Part shown: piece by piece, positions 9,397 to 17,335 of the stretch
How the letters are laid out: the number at the start of each line of letters is the position of its first letter
Numbering within the stretch: position 1 is the first letter of the stretch
Origin: an uncultured bacterium
GTDB lineage: Bacteria > Hydrothermota > Tepidihabitantia > Tepidihabitantales > Tepidihabitantaceae
Direction of reading: 5' to 3'
DNA length: 24,152 bases
Assembly: GCA_937139435.1 (NCBI GenBank)
Contig: CAKZPX010000194.1
Coordinates: 1 to 24,152 of the forward strand
Translations under genes and position numbers: made by a program
Notes under the pieces: generated by a model
Told to the model about the DNA's origin: nothing
What the model saw: only the letters and a program-made list of their open reading frames with translations
The model's database searches: none

Positions 9397-9470
9397 AGCG
9401 CCCGACGCGATTCGAACGCGTGGCCTGCAGATCCGGAGTCTGCCGCTCTATCCATCTGAGCTACGGGCGC
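9397..9470 (-). tRNA. tRNA-Arg(CCG), CCA not encoded
   Basis: GCGCCCG TA GCTC AGATGGATA GAGC G GCAGA CTCCGGA TCTGC AGGCC ACGCG TTCGAAT CGCGT CGGGCGC T: complete cloverleaf, anticodon CCG, A after the D-loop GG (Arg identity element). Confidence 0.97.
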
Positions 9471-9479
9471 AACAAACAT

Positions 9480-9508
9480 AATTTAACTTAACTTAAAAAT
9501 AAAGTCAA
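9480..9508 (-). promoter_or_regulatory. Sigma70 promoter for tRNA-Arg
   Basis: TTGACT-N17-TAAATT ending 9 nt before the tRNA 5' end. Confidence 0.7.
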
Positions 9509-9582
9509 CACCACGCTCCCCGCACAATCAAAAATCAACCCTTGCTGAAAACCAGCTCTACCCCTGCCGTTAACCCCCTCTC

Positions 9583-9611
9583 TTGCCTCAACCGCACAAT
9601 CGTGTTAAGAT
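9583..9611 (+). promoter_or_regulatory. Sigma70 promoter for the DUF554 gene
   Basis: TTGCCT-N17-TAAGAT with extended -10 TG at 9603-9604. Confidence 0.6.
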
Positions 9612-9617
9612 TAACCG

Positions 9618-10298
9618 GTGCTCGGGACAATTGTCAACACTATCACCGTCCTCACTGGCAGTCTGCTCGGACTATTTCTCCACTCCCGTCTGCCCGAACG
9701 GCTCACCCGCACCGCCTTCAGCGCCATCGGCATATTCACCATCTTTATCGGCATCAACATGGCACTAAAAACCAGCCACATCCTGATTCTTGTCTTCTCC
9801 ATCCTGCCCGGTGCGATTATCGGGGAACTTCTGCAAATTGAAGACCGGCTCAATCAGTTCACCGAGCGTCTGCAATCCCGGCTGCGCATCAAAGGCGGCA
9901 CCTTCACCGAAGGGTTAATCACCGCATTCCTGCTCTTCTGTATGGGTTCAATGACCATCCTCGGTGCAATTGAAGAAGGCACCGGCAACACCCCCAACCT
10001 CTACTTCACCAAGGCGCTCCTTGACGGCTTTGCTGCCATCGCCCTTGCCGCCGGTCTGGGCAGCGGTGTCCTCTTCTCTGCCCTACCCCTCTTTCTCTAT
10101 CAGGCAACGCTCACCCTGCTCGCCCGCCTGCTCAACACCATTCTCCTCCCCGGTATTGTCGACGAAATCACCGCTGTTGGTGGGCTTATCCTTATCGGTC
10201 TCGGTATCAATATCCTCCAGCTCAAAAAACTGAAAATCCTCAACCTCCTGCCCGGCCTCCTCATCGCTCTGATTCTCGGTCTCATATTCGTCCGTTAA
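9618..10298 (+). CDS. DUF554-family multi-pass membrane protein
   Basis: MLGTIVN..., LFCMGSMTILGAIEEG, KALLDG, GGLILIGLGINIL; GTG start. Confidence 0.88.
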   Translation: MLGTIVNTITVLTGSLLGLFLHSRLPERLTRTAFSAIGIFTIFIGINMALKTSHILILVFSILPGAIIGELLQIEDRLNQFTERLQSRLRIKGGTFTEGLITAFLLFCMGSMTILGAIEEGTGNTPNLYFTKALLDGFAAIALAAGLGSGVLFSALPLFLYQATLTLLARLLNTILLPGIVDEITAVGGLILIGLGINILQLKKLKILNLLPGLLIALILGLIFVR

Positions 10299-10476
10299 AA
10301 CACCCCCGCTATCCCGGGAATAATCCCCCCACCTACCCATTTTAAAAATACCCATTGCGCAAAAGAAATCATAACACCTTATCAAACGGAATGTTATCCT
10401 ATCATCCTGCAAGAAAATCGCTCCCCGGTGGTTAATTTTATCATAGTCCTGGCTCTAACTTTATATAAACGGCAAT

Positions 10477-10505
10477 TTGACCGCCAGGCTTTTTTCTGAT
10501 ATAAT
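10477..10505 (+). promoter_or_regulatory. Sigma70 promoter for the Zn-ribbon protein-lspA-iscS-archease operon
   Basis: TTGACC-N17-TATAAT with extended -10 TG; AGGAGG at 10511-10516. Confidence 0.85.
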
Positions 10506-10520
10506 GAAAAAGGAGGCTAA

Positions 10521-11474
10521 ATGATTAATGACCCGAAACTACTTAACCTTTTAGAGCAGGTTGTTGAGGGTAAACTTCCGGGATTTGAGCCGGTATTTGC
10601 CCCCCGGGCCGATGGCTGGGTCAGTTATCCGGCGGTGGAAGAGTTCCTCGGTGTTGACACCGCCTATGCCTGCCGCCTGTTAGAGGACCTGGTGCATCTT
10701 GGTTATCTCAGCCGAAACTTCTTCGCCCGAATGCTGTTCTGTCCGGTGTGCAACTCTCATAACCTCGCCTGGACAATTGTCTGTCCGAAATGTAATTCAC
10801 CCAATATCCAGCGCACCCGTTTCCTTCGCCACCGCCTCTGTAACTGGAGCGCACCGGAAAAGGATTTTCTGCACAGCAGCGGCACCCGCCTCTGTCCCAA
10901 GTGCCGGAGCGAACTCCTGCTGCTAGGTAATGACTACGACGACATTGGTTATCGCTACCTCTGCCTTGACTGTCGTGAGGTTACCAGGGCGCCGGTTGAA
11001 TTCTGGCGCTGTCCGGTCTGTAACCGACTCTATGACAGGTATGCGGTGCGGGAGGTGATGCTTTACAAATATGTCCTTGAGCCTTCCCAGGTGCCGAAAC
11101 TGCGTCTGGAAAAGATCCCCCGGGCAAAGGTGCGGGAAATTCTCCAGCGCGAGGGCTACGCTGTCCAAGAGTCAACCCGCATCATCGGCAAATCGGGTGC
11201 CGAACACACCGTTGATATGCTGGCAACAAAGATGCAGGGACCATTAGAGCACCGGGTGCTGGTGAGTTTCGCCTGTGGCAACCCGCTGGTTGATGCGGAA
11301 GAGATCATCAAACTCTACGCCCGAGCCTATGATGTTGGTGTCCAGGACGTTATTCTGATCGCCACCCCGGGGTTAACCGCGGATGCCGATGAAATCGCCC
11401 AGCACTACCGCATCCGGGTCTATAATGCCGATGCCGTGGACCGGCTGACCCTTGCTGTTGAACCCAGGTTTTAA
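10521..11474 (+). CDS. TackOD1-like multi-Zn-ribbon protein with C-terminal restriction-endonuclease-like (Mrr-type) fold
   Basis: Five CxxC plus one HxxC (CPVC, CPKC, HRLC, CPKC, CLDC, CPVC); C-terminal GKSGAEHTVD...EIIKLYA...ILIATPGLT..A.EIA..Y.I. ORF is certain, domain names are by recall. Confidence 0.7.
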   Translation: MINDPKLLNLLEQVVEGKLPGFEPVFAPRADGWVSYPAVEEFLGVDTAYACRLLEDLVHLGYLSRNFFARMLFCPVCNSHNLAWTIVCPKCNSPNIQRTRFLRHRLCNWSAPEKDFLHSSGTRLCPKCRSELLLLGNDYDDIGYRYLCLDCREVTRAPVEFWRCPVCNRLYDRYAVREVMLYKYVLEPSQVPKLRLEKIPRAKVREILQREGYAVQESTRIIGKSGAEHTVDMLATKMQGPLEHRVLVSFACGNPLVDAEEIIKLYARAYDVGVQDVILIATPGLTADADEIAQHYRIRVYNADAVDRLTLAVEPRF

Positions 11475-12028
11475 TGTCTTCAACCCTGCGCCGTTCATTT
11501 GTCTGGACCGCCATCACCGCACTTTTCCTTGACCAGTTAACCAAAATCCTTGTTTACGGCATCACCGGTGGTTTAGAAGGGGGCGCACCCATTCCGTTAA
11601 TTGGCAATCTGCTGAAAATCTCCTACACCACCAACCCGCGCGGTGTCTTTGGTGTCCCGTTTGGTCCCAGGTTTATGCACTTTCTCCTACCCGGACTCGG
11701 TGCCATCCTTGTCCTCTTTTTCGGTTTGCGGACAAAAAGTAACTGGCTTGGCTCCGCCTACGGGCTGATTCTGGGCGGTGCCCTGGGTAATCTTACTGAT
11801 CGGGTTCGGCTCGGTTATGTAATAGACTTTATTGACTTTGAACTCCGTTCCATTCGCTTTCGCTGGTTTACCTTTAATCTGGCGGATGCCTTTATCGTGG
11901 TAGGCGTAATTATGATATTAATCCACGAAATTATCGCCGGGGTAAAAAACCGGCAGCGCAAACTTAAGGAGGTAGCCCAAAATGAAGCGACAGGTTTATC
12001 TGGACAACAACTCAACCACCCCGATTGA
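11474..12028 (+). CDS. lspA: Lipoprotein signal peptidase II
   Basis: LDQLTK, NPRGVFG, GGALGNLTDR, VIDFID, FNLAD; TAATG coupling to the upstream gene. Confidence 0.95.
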   Translation: MSSTLRRSFVWTAITALFLDQLTKILVYGITGGLEGGAPIPLIGNLLKISYTTNPRGVFGVPFGPRFMHFLLPGLGAILVLFFGLRTKSNWLGSAYGLILGGALGNLTDRVRLGYVIDFIDFELRSIRFRWFTFNLADAFIVVGVIMILIHEIIAGVKNRQRKLKEVAQNEATGLSGQQLNHPD

Positions 12029-13154
12029 CCCCCGGGTTCGCGAAGCGATTGAACCCTATCTCACCACCGTTTTTGGCAACCCGTCCAACATTCATTGTTT
12101 TGGTCGGGACGCGGCAGAAGGGATTGCCCAGGCAAGAGAACAGGTTGCGGAACTTATTGGTGCCAAACCCGAGGAGATATTTTTCACCAGCGGTGGCACC
12201 GAGGCAAACAACTGGGCGGTGAAGGGTGTGGCGATCGCCCTGATGCTGGAAAAGGGCAAGCAGATCATCACCACCCCGATTGAACACGCCTCGGTCCTCG
12301 CCAGCGCCCAGTATCTGGAGAGAAACGGCTGGCAGGTAACATATCTACCGGTTGACAGTTACGGGCTGGTTGACCCGGAGGATGTGCGCCGGGCGCTCAC
12401 AAAAGAAACCGCCCTGGTGAGCGTAATGATGGCCAACAACGAGATTGGCACCGTTGAACCGATCAAAGAGATCGCCAGCATCTGCCGTGCTGCCGGTGCC
12501 TACTGCCATACCGATGCGGTGTGTGCGGTGGGCAAGATGAAGGTGGATGTGGCGGAACTGGGTGTTGACCTGTTAACATTTTCCGGACACAAAATCCATG
12601 CGCCCAAGGGTGTGGGGGTACTCTATGTCCGGCAGGGCATCAGTATCCATCCCCTGATTCATGGCGGACATCATGAAAAGGGGATGCGCGCCGGCACAGA
12701 AAACATCATCGGAATTGTTGGCATGGGCAAGGCGTGTGCTATCTTAAAGGACGAATGGCCCGAGCATGCCCGGCGGATGCTTGCCCTGCGCCAGCGTCTG
12801 GAACAGGGTATCCTCTCCCGAATCCCGGACGTCCGGCTCAACGGTCACCCGGAAAAACGTCTGCCCAACACCTGCCACTTTGGTATCGCCTACGTTGAGG
12901 GCGAAGCGCTCCTGATGAACCTCGACCTGGAAGGGATAGCGGTTGCCTCGGGTTCTGCCTGCTCCTCGGGCGAACCAGAACCATCACCCACGGTCAAGGC
13001 GATCAACCTGCCACCGATTATGCGTAATTCGGTGGTTCGTTTCTCGGTCGGTGTGGACAATACCGAAGAGGAGATTGACTACACGATTGATGTCCTGGAG
13101 CGGGTGGTCCGGCGCCTGCGGGAGATATCGCCATTAAAACCATCTCCTGCTTAA
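11982..13154 (+). CDS. iscS: Cysteine desulfurase, group I (IscS/NifS-like)
   Basis: YLDNNSTT, FTSGGTEANN, MMANNEIG, SGHKIHAPKG (PLP Lys), SGSACSS (catalytic Cys); AAGGAGG SD inside lspA. Confidence 0.93.
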   Translation: MKRQVYLDNNSTTPIDPRVREAIEPYLTTVFGNPSNIHCFGRDAAEGIAQAREQVAELIGAKPEEIFFTSGGTEANNWAVKGVAIALMLEKGKQIITTPIEHASVLASAQYLERNGWQVTYLPVDSYGLVDPEDVRRALTKETALVSVMMANNEIGTVEPIKEIASICRAAGAYCHTDAVCAVGKMKVDVAELGVDLLTFSGHKIHAPKGVGVLYVRQGISIHPLIHGGHHEKGMRAGTENIIGIVGMGKACAILKDEWPEHARRMLALRQRLEQGILSRIPDVRLNGHPEKRLPNTCHFGIAYVEGEALLMNLDLEGIAVASGSACSSGEPEPSPTVKAINLPPIMRNSVVRFSVGVDNTEEEIDYTIDVLERVVRRLREISPLKPSPA

Positions 13155-13184
13155 ACCCGCAACCCTGACCGTTGCTCGGGAAAA

Positions 13185-13634
13185 ATGGCAGCCGAGTTTG
13201 TCCCCTATCGGCTCCTGGAACACACCGCTGACCTGAAGGTTGAGATTTACGGTCGCACCCTACCCGAACTGTTCGCCAACGCCGCCCTGATGCTTTTTGA
13301 CACCATGCTCTATCTGGACCGGGTCCAGCCCGGACTGGAACAGGAAATAGAAATCAAATCTCAGGACCTGGAAGAACTGTTCCTGGACTGGCTCCGAGAG
13401 CTCCTCTACCGTTTCTCCACCCGGGGCTTTGTTACCACCCGGACCGAAATCATCAACCTTGACCCGACCGGCGCACAATTAAGGGCAAAGGTCATTGGCG
13501 CTGACTATGACCTGAAAAGGCACGGTTTAAAAATAGAAATCAAAACCCCCACCTATCACCAGTTTCGTTTAGAAAAAACCACCATTGCCGACCGCACACC
13601 CGGATTTAAGGCAACGGTGGTATTTGATGTCTGA
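13185..13634 (+). CDS. Archease
   Basis: LEHTADL, F.NAA..LF, LFLDWL.ELLY, EIKTPTYH, C-terminal FDV. Confidence 0.93.
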   Translation: MAAEFVPYRLLEHTADLKVEIYGRTLPELFANAALMLFDTMLYLDRVQPGLEQEIEIKSQDLEELFLDWLRELLYRFSTRGFVTTRTEIINLDPTGAQLRAKVIGADYDLKRHGLKIEIKTPTYHQFRLEKTTIADRTPGFKATVVFDV

Positions 13635-13642
13635 GCCGAAGG

Positions 13643-16600
13643 TTAAGAAAACAAGGCGGTAAGCTCCCGGAAGATATTTTCTCCGGCAAAGCCTTTTATA
13701 TCAATGGCACCGGAACGACAGTTGGCAGCACAGGCGCCACACCCCTTACAGAGCGCCGGATTGACCACCGCCGCATACCGGCCCTGACGCTCATCAACCA
13801 GTTTCACCTCAATCGCCCGGTAGGCACAGAGATTCTCACACATATGACAGGCAGAACAGCGCTGGGGATTGACCACCGCCTGATAGGGCTCAGCCGCAAC
13901 AAAATCCCGGGATAGGACCGTTACTGCCCGGGCCGAAGCCGCCTGCGCCGAAGCGATTGTCTCATCAATAAATTTAGGATAATGGCACAGACCGGCAAAG
14001 AATACACCATCCGTGGCAAAGTCAACCGGACGCAGTTTCGCATGCGCCTCCAGAAAGAAGCCATCCTGGTGCAATGGCACCTTGAGCATCTTCCCCAGTT
14101 CTCCCGCACCCTCCTGGGCAACAACCCCAGCAGAAAGCACAACCAGCTCCGGCGTCAGTTTTATTGTCGTTTCCAGAACCGGCTCAAAAAATTCTACCTG
14201 CAACCGGTCTCCGGCAAAACTGACCATCGGCTCCTGCTCCGGCGTGTAACGGATAAAAATAACCCCCTTTTCCCTTGCCCGGCGATAGAAATCCTCTTTG
14301 AAACCGTAGGTGCGGATGTCACGATAAAGGATATAAACATCCATCTCCGGATTGATCTCTTTCAGCGCCAAGGCGTTTTTGATCGCCTCAACACAGCAGA
14401 TGCGGGAGCAGTAGGGACGAGCCTCATTTCTGGAACCGGCACACTGAATCATCACCACCGACCTGACCTGACGCAGGCGCTCCGGGGTGCGGGCGATTAT
14501 TTCCTCTAACTCCTTCTGGGTCCTGACCTGCTCTGATTTGCCGTAAAAAAACTCCTCGGGCTGGCGGTAGCGGGCACCGATTGCGAGGATTACCACGCCA
14601 TGCTTTATCCGCTCATTATTACTTAATGTCGTCTCATAAGAGCCAACAAACCCATCAATCTGACGCACGGTTGTGCCGGTAAATACCTTAATCCGCTGAT
14701 GCTCCATCACCCGGCGCACCATCTCTTCCAGTCGCTGCTGGATGTCATCACCCTCTATTGTCCGGTACAGTGTTCGGGCAACCCCGCCCAGTTCCGCTTC
14801 CTTTTCCACCAGGTACACATCAAACCCGGCATCTGCTAACGCCAGCGCTGATGCCATTCCGGCAATACCACCACCAATCACCAGCCCGGCCTTTGTTACC
14901 GGAAGCCGCACCGACACCAGTGGCTCCTGCCGTCGCACCCGGGCAACCGCCATCCGCACCAGTTCCTTTGCCTTTTCCGTTGCCCGGTCGGGATCGTCAT
15001 GCACCCAGGAACACTGGTCACGGATGTTGGTCATGGCAAAAAGATGGGGGTTAAGCCCTGCCTCGGCAACCGTTGCCTGGAAAAGCGGTTCATGGGTGCG
15101 GGGAGAACAGGAGGCAACAACCACCCGGTTGAGCCGGTATTCCTTTATCCGATTCTTTATCTTCTCCAGACTGTCTGCCGAACAGGAATAAAGGTTTTCC
15201 TCTGCAAAAACAACACCGGGCAGTGTCCGGGCTAACTCAACAACCTCGGGCACCCGGACAATACCGCCGATATTAATCCCGCAATGGCAGACAAACACCC
15301 CGATCCGGGGTGCGGTGAAAACCATCGGTGCCACCTCGGTCTGCACATCCGCTATCTTCACCGCATCATAATTCAAGGCACCGGGTAACGCCTTAACCGC
15401 AGCGGCTGATGCCTGAACCACTGTCTCCGGAATGTCCTTTGGTCCCTGCCCGCTGCCGGCAAGGAAAATCCCGTTGCGTCCGGCGCGCACCGGCTCCCAC
15501 AGGTCCGCCTCCGGATAGGAAAATGAGTTGAGCGGTAACCCCAGCCGACGGTTCAAAATCAAAACCTGCTCCGGCGGCACAAAACCGCAGGAAAGAACCA
15601 CCATATGAAACCGCTCCGAGCGCTGTCCCTGTTCCGTGGCATAGCGCAAAAACAGGTCCCGGGTCTCCGGGTCTTCGCGCACCTCTGCCACCCGGGCGTG
15701 CACAAACCTAACACCGTACTGACGTTCGGCCCGTTCAATATAACGGTCAAAGTCCTTACCAAACGCCCGCATGTCCATATAGAAAACTGCGGGCTCAATC
15801 TGCCGGCTGTGTTCTTTCGCAATTACCGCCTCCTTTGTCGCATACATACAGCAGACCGAGGAACAGTATTCCCGACCGATAGACCTATCCCGGGACCCAT
15901 AACATTGAATCCAGGCAATCTTCTTCGGCTCTTTTTTATCACTCGGACGCTGGATATGCCCGCCAAAAGGGCCAGAGGCGGACATAATCCGCTCAAACTC
16001 CAGACTGGTTACCACATTGGGGTAGCGACCGTAACCGTATTCCGGACGCACCGCACCGGACACAACCTCACTACCCGGGGCAATGATAATTGAAGAAACA
16101 GAAAGAGTGATTTCCTCGTCCTTTTCCTCGTAATTAATTGCGCCCGCCTTACAAACCCGGGCACAATTGCCACAGCGGTCCCGGGTAAATTTCAAACAGT
16201 TTGCCCGGTCAATTGCTGGCGCATTGGGCACCGCCTGGGCATAAAGCCGGTATATCGCCCGACGCTGGGAAAATCCGCCCTCAAACTCGTTGGGCAGACG
16301 GACCGGACACTTTTCCAGACAGTCACCACAACCGGTGCATCTGGTCAGGTCAACGGAACGGGCATAACGCTTGAGCTGAACAGTAAAGGCGCCCGGTTCC
16401 CCGGTTACAGACTGCACCTCGGTAATGGTCAAAAGCCGGATGTTCGGATGACGGGCACAGGTAACCAGTTTCGGACTGAGGATGCACATTGAGCAGTCGT
16501 TAGTCGGAAAGGTTTTGTCCAGACGCGCCATATACCCGCCAATTGCTGGCGACCGGTCAACTAAATACACCTGGCACCCGCTATCTGCGAGGTCCAGCGC

Positions 16601-16657
16601 CGCTTGGACACCACCAATCCCGCCGCCAACAACTAAAACCGCCTGCCGATCCTCCAT
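13643..16657 (-). CDS. hdrA: HdrA-family FAD/Fe-S protein with two FAD modules (about 1004 aa)
   Basis: Start moved to ATG 16657 (GAGGGAG SD). GGGIGG...LDKTFPTNDCSMC, inserted ferredoxin, LEFER, CSSVCCMYATK; IGVFVCHCG domain; second GGGIAG and CSRICCVEAIK; C-terminal 2x[4Fe-4S]. Confidence 0.93.
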   Translation of the reverse strand: MEDRQAVLVVGGGIGGVQAALDLADSGCQVYLVDRSPAIGGYMARLDKTFPTNDCSMCILSPKLVTCARHPNIRLLTITEVQSVTGEPGAFTVQLKRYARSVDLTRCTGCGDCLEKCPVRLPNEFEGGFSQRRAIYRLYAQAVPNAPAIDRANCLKFTRDRCGNCARVCKAGAINYEEKDEEITLSVSSIIIAPGSEVVSGAVRPEYGYGRYPNVVTSLEFERIMSASGPFGGHIQRPSDKKEPKKIAWIQCYGSRDRSIGREYCSSVCCMYATKEAVIAKEHSRQIEPAVFYMDMRAFGKDFDRYIERAERQYGVRFVHARVAEVREDPETRDLFLRYATEQGQRSERFHMVVLSCGFVPPEQVLILNRRLGLPLNSFSYPEADLWEPVRAGRNGIFLAGSGQGPKDIPETVVQASAAAVKALPGALNYDAVKIADVQTEVAPMVFTAPRIGVFVCHCGINIGGIVRVPEVVELARTLPGVVFAEENLYSCSADSLEKIKNRIKEYRLNRVVVASCSPRTHEPLFQATVAEAGLNPHLFAMTNIRDQCSWVHDDPDRATEKAKELVRMAVARVRRQEPLVSVRLPVTKAGLVIGGGIAGMASALALADAGFDVYLVEKEAELGGVARTLYRTIEGDDIQQRLEEMVRRVMEHQRIKVFTGTTVRQIDGFVGSYETTLSNNERIKHGVVILAIGARYRQPEEFFYGKSEQVRTQKELEEIIARTPERLRQVRSVVMIQCAGSRNEARPYCSRICCVEAIKNALALKEINPEMDVYILYRDIRTYGFKEDFYRRAREKGVIFIRYTPEQEPMVSFAGDRLQVEFFEPVLETTIKLTPELVVLSAGVVAQEGAGELGKMLKVPLHQDGFFLEAHAKLRPVDFATDGVFFAGLCHYPKFIDETIASAQAASARAVTVLSRDFVAAEPYQAVVNPQRCSACHMCENLCAYRAIEVKLVDERQGRYAAVVNPALCKGCGACAANCRSGAIDIKGFAGENIFRELTALFS
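14999..15028. repeat. 30-bp exact repeat shared by the two large HdrA paralogues, copy 1
   Basis: ATGCACCCAGGAACACTGGTCACGGATGTT, identical at 20357-20386; encodes NIRDQCSWVH. Confidence 0.9.
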
Positions 16658-16659
16658 AA

Positions 16660-17331
16660 CTACTCCCTCTTTTCCAGCATCTGTAATGATTCCGGATAGG
16701 AATACCCGTCCGCTATCGCCAGTTCCCTGATTACCTGCATAATCCGGCTGATGCTTACACCCTGAGGACACCGGCTATCACACCGGAAGTGAATGGCACA
16801 GATATCCTTAAACTCATCGGCAAACGCCTCCGCCTTTAACCCCAGGTTGACCTTGCGGATAAACTTGCGCGGGTCTTTAGCCGGATCAAGCAGCGCCTCC
16901 GGACAGACCGCAGTGCAGGAACCACAGATAAAACAGGCGGACAGACCGGGCACCGCCTCCAGCACCTGGCGGCGAAATTCCCGGTCAATCTTCTTTACCT
17001 CCTCAACCGCAGCCTTTTCCTGCTCTCTGATCTTCACCACCGCATTACACACCTCACCGATGTTCACCCCCTGGGGACAGCGGTTAAGACAGGTGGAATG
17101 ATAGGAACAGAGCCAGACAAACTCCGACTTATAAACCTCCTCTTTCATCCCCAGTATCGCCATCCTGATCAACCGCCGGGGATTGTACTTCTCTTCCAGC
17201 CGGCGCACCGGACAGGAAGCGGTACATCCACCACAGGCAAAGCAGTTCATAAAGGTGTTATCACCAAAACGGGCGGCAATCCGTTCCTTGAACTCGGTGT
17301 CCAGCTGATGCAAAATAATTTCTTCTGCCAT
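16660..17331 (-). CDS. Tandem HdrC-like iron-sulfur protein (two repeats, about 223 aa)
   Basis: Start moved to ATG 17331 (GAGGG SD). Each repeat has CxxCxxCxxxCP, a PRxxIR motif, then CxxHxxCxxxCPQGV. Confidence 0.85.
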   Translation of the reverse strand: MAEEIILHQLDTEFKERIAARFGDNTFMNCFACGGCTASCPVRRLEEKYNPRRLIRMAILGMKEEVYKSEFVWLCSYHSTCLNRCPQGVNIGEVCNAVVKIREQEKAAVEEVKKIDREFRRQVLEAVPGLSACFICGSCTAVCPEALLDPAKDPRKFIRKVNLGLKAEAFADEFKDICAIHFRCDSRCPQGVSISRIMQVIRELAIADGYSYPESLQMLEKRE

Positions 17332-17335
17332 TGTC

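Noticed and set aside
9618-10298. Very C/T-rich tract in the DUF554 gene
   Set aside because: Explained by Leu/Ile/Phe codons ending in C; a strand-wide skew was suspected but is not uniform and could not be computed.
10299-10345. Intrinsic terminator after DUF554
   Set aside because: Only a 4-bp stem and no adjacent U-tract.
9397-10520. tRNA as an active integration site or island border
   Set aside because: No integrase, no duplicated tRNA 3' end and no foreign-looking cargo.
16658-16771. ORF-track extension of hdrA
   Set aside because: Overlaps the HdrC-like gene; SD and homology support ATG 16657.
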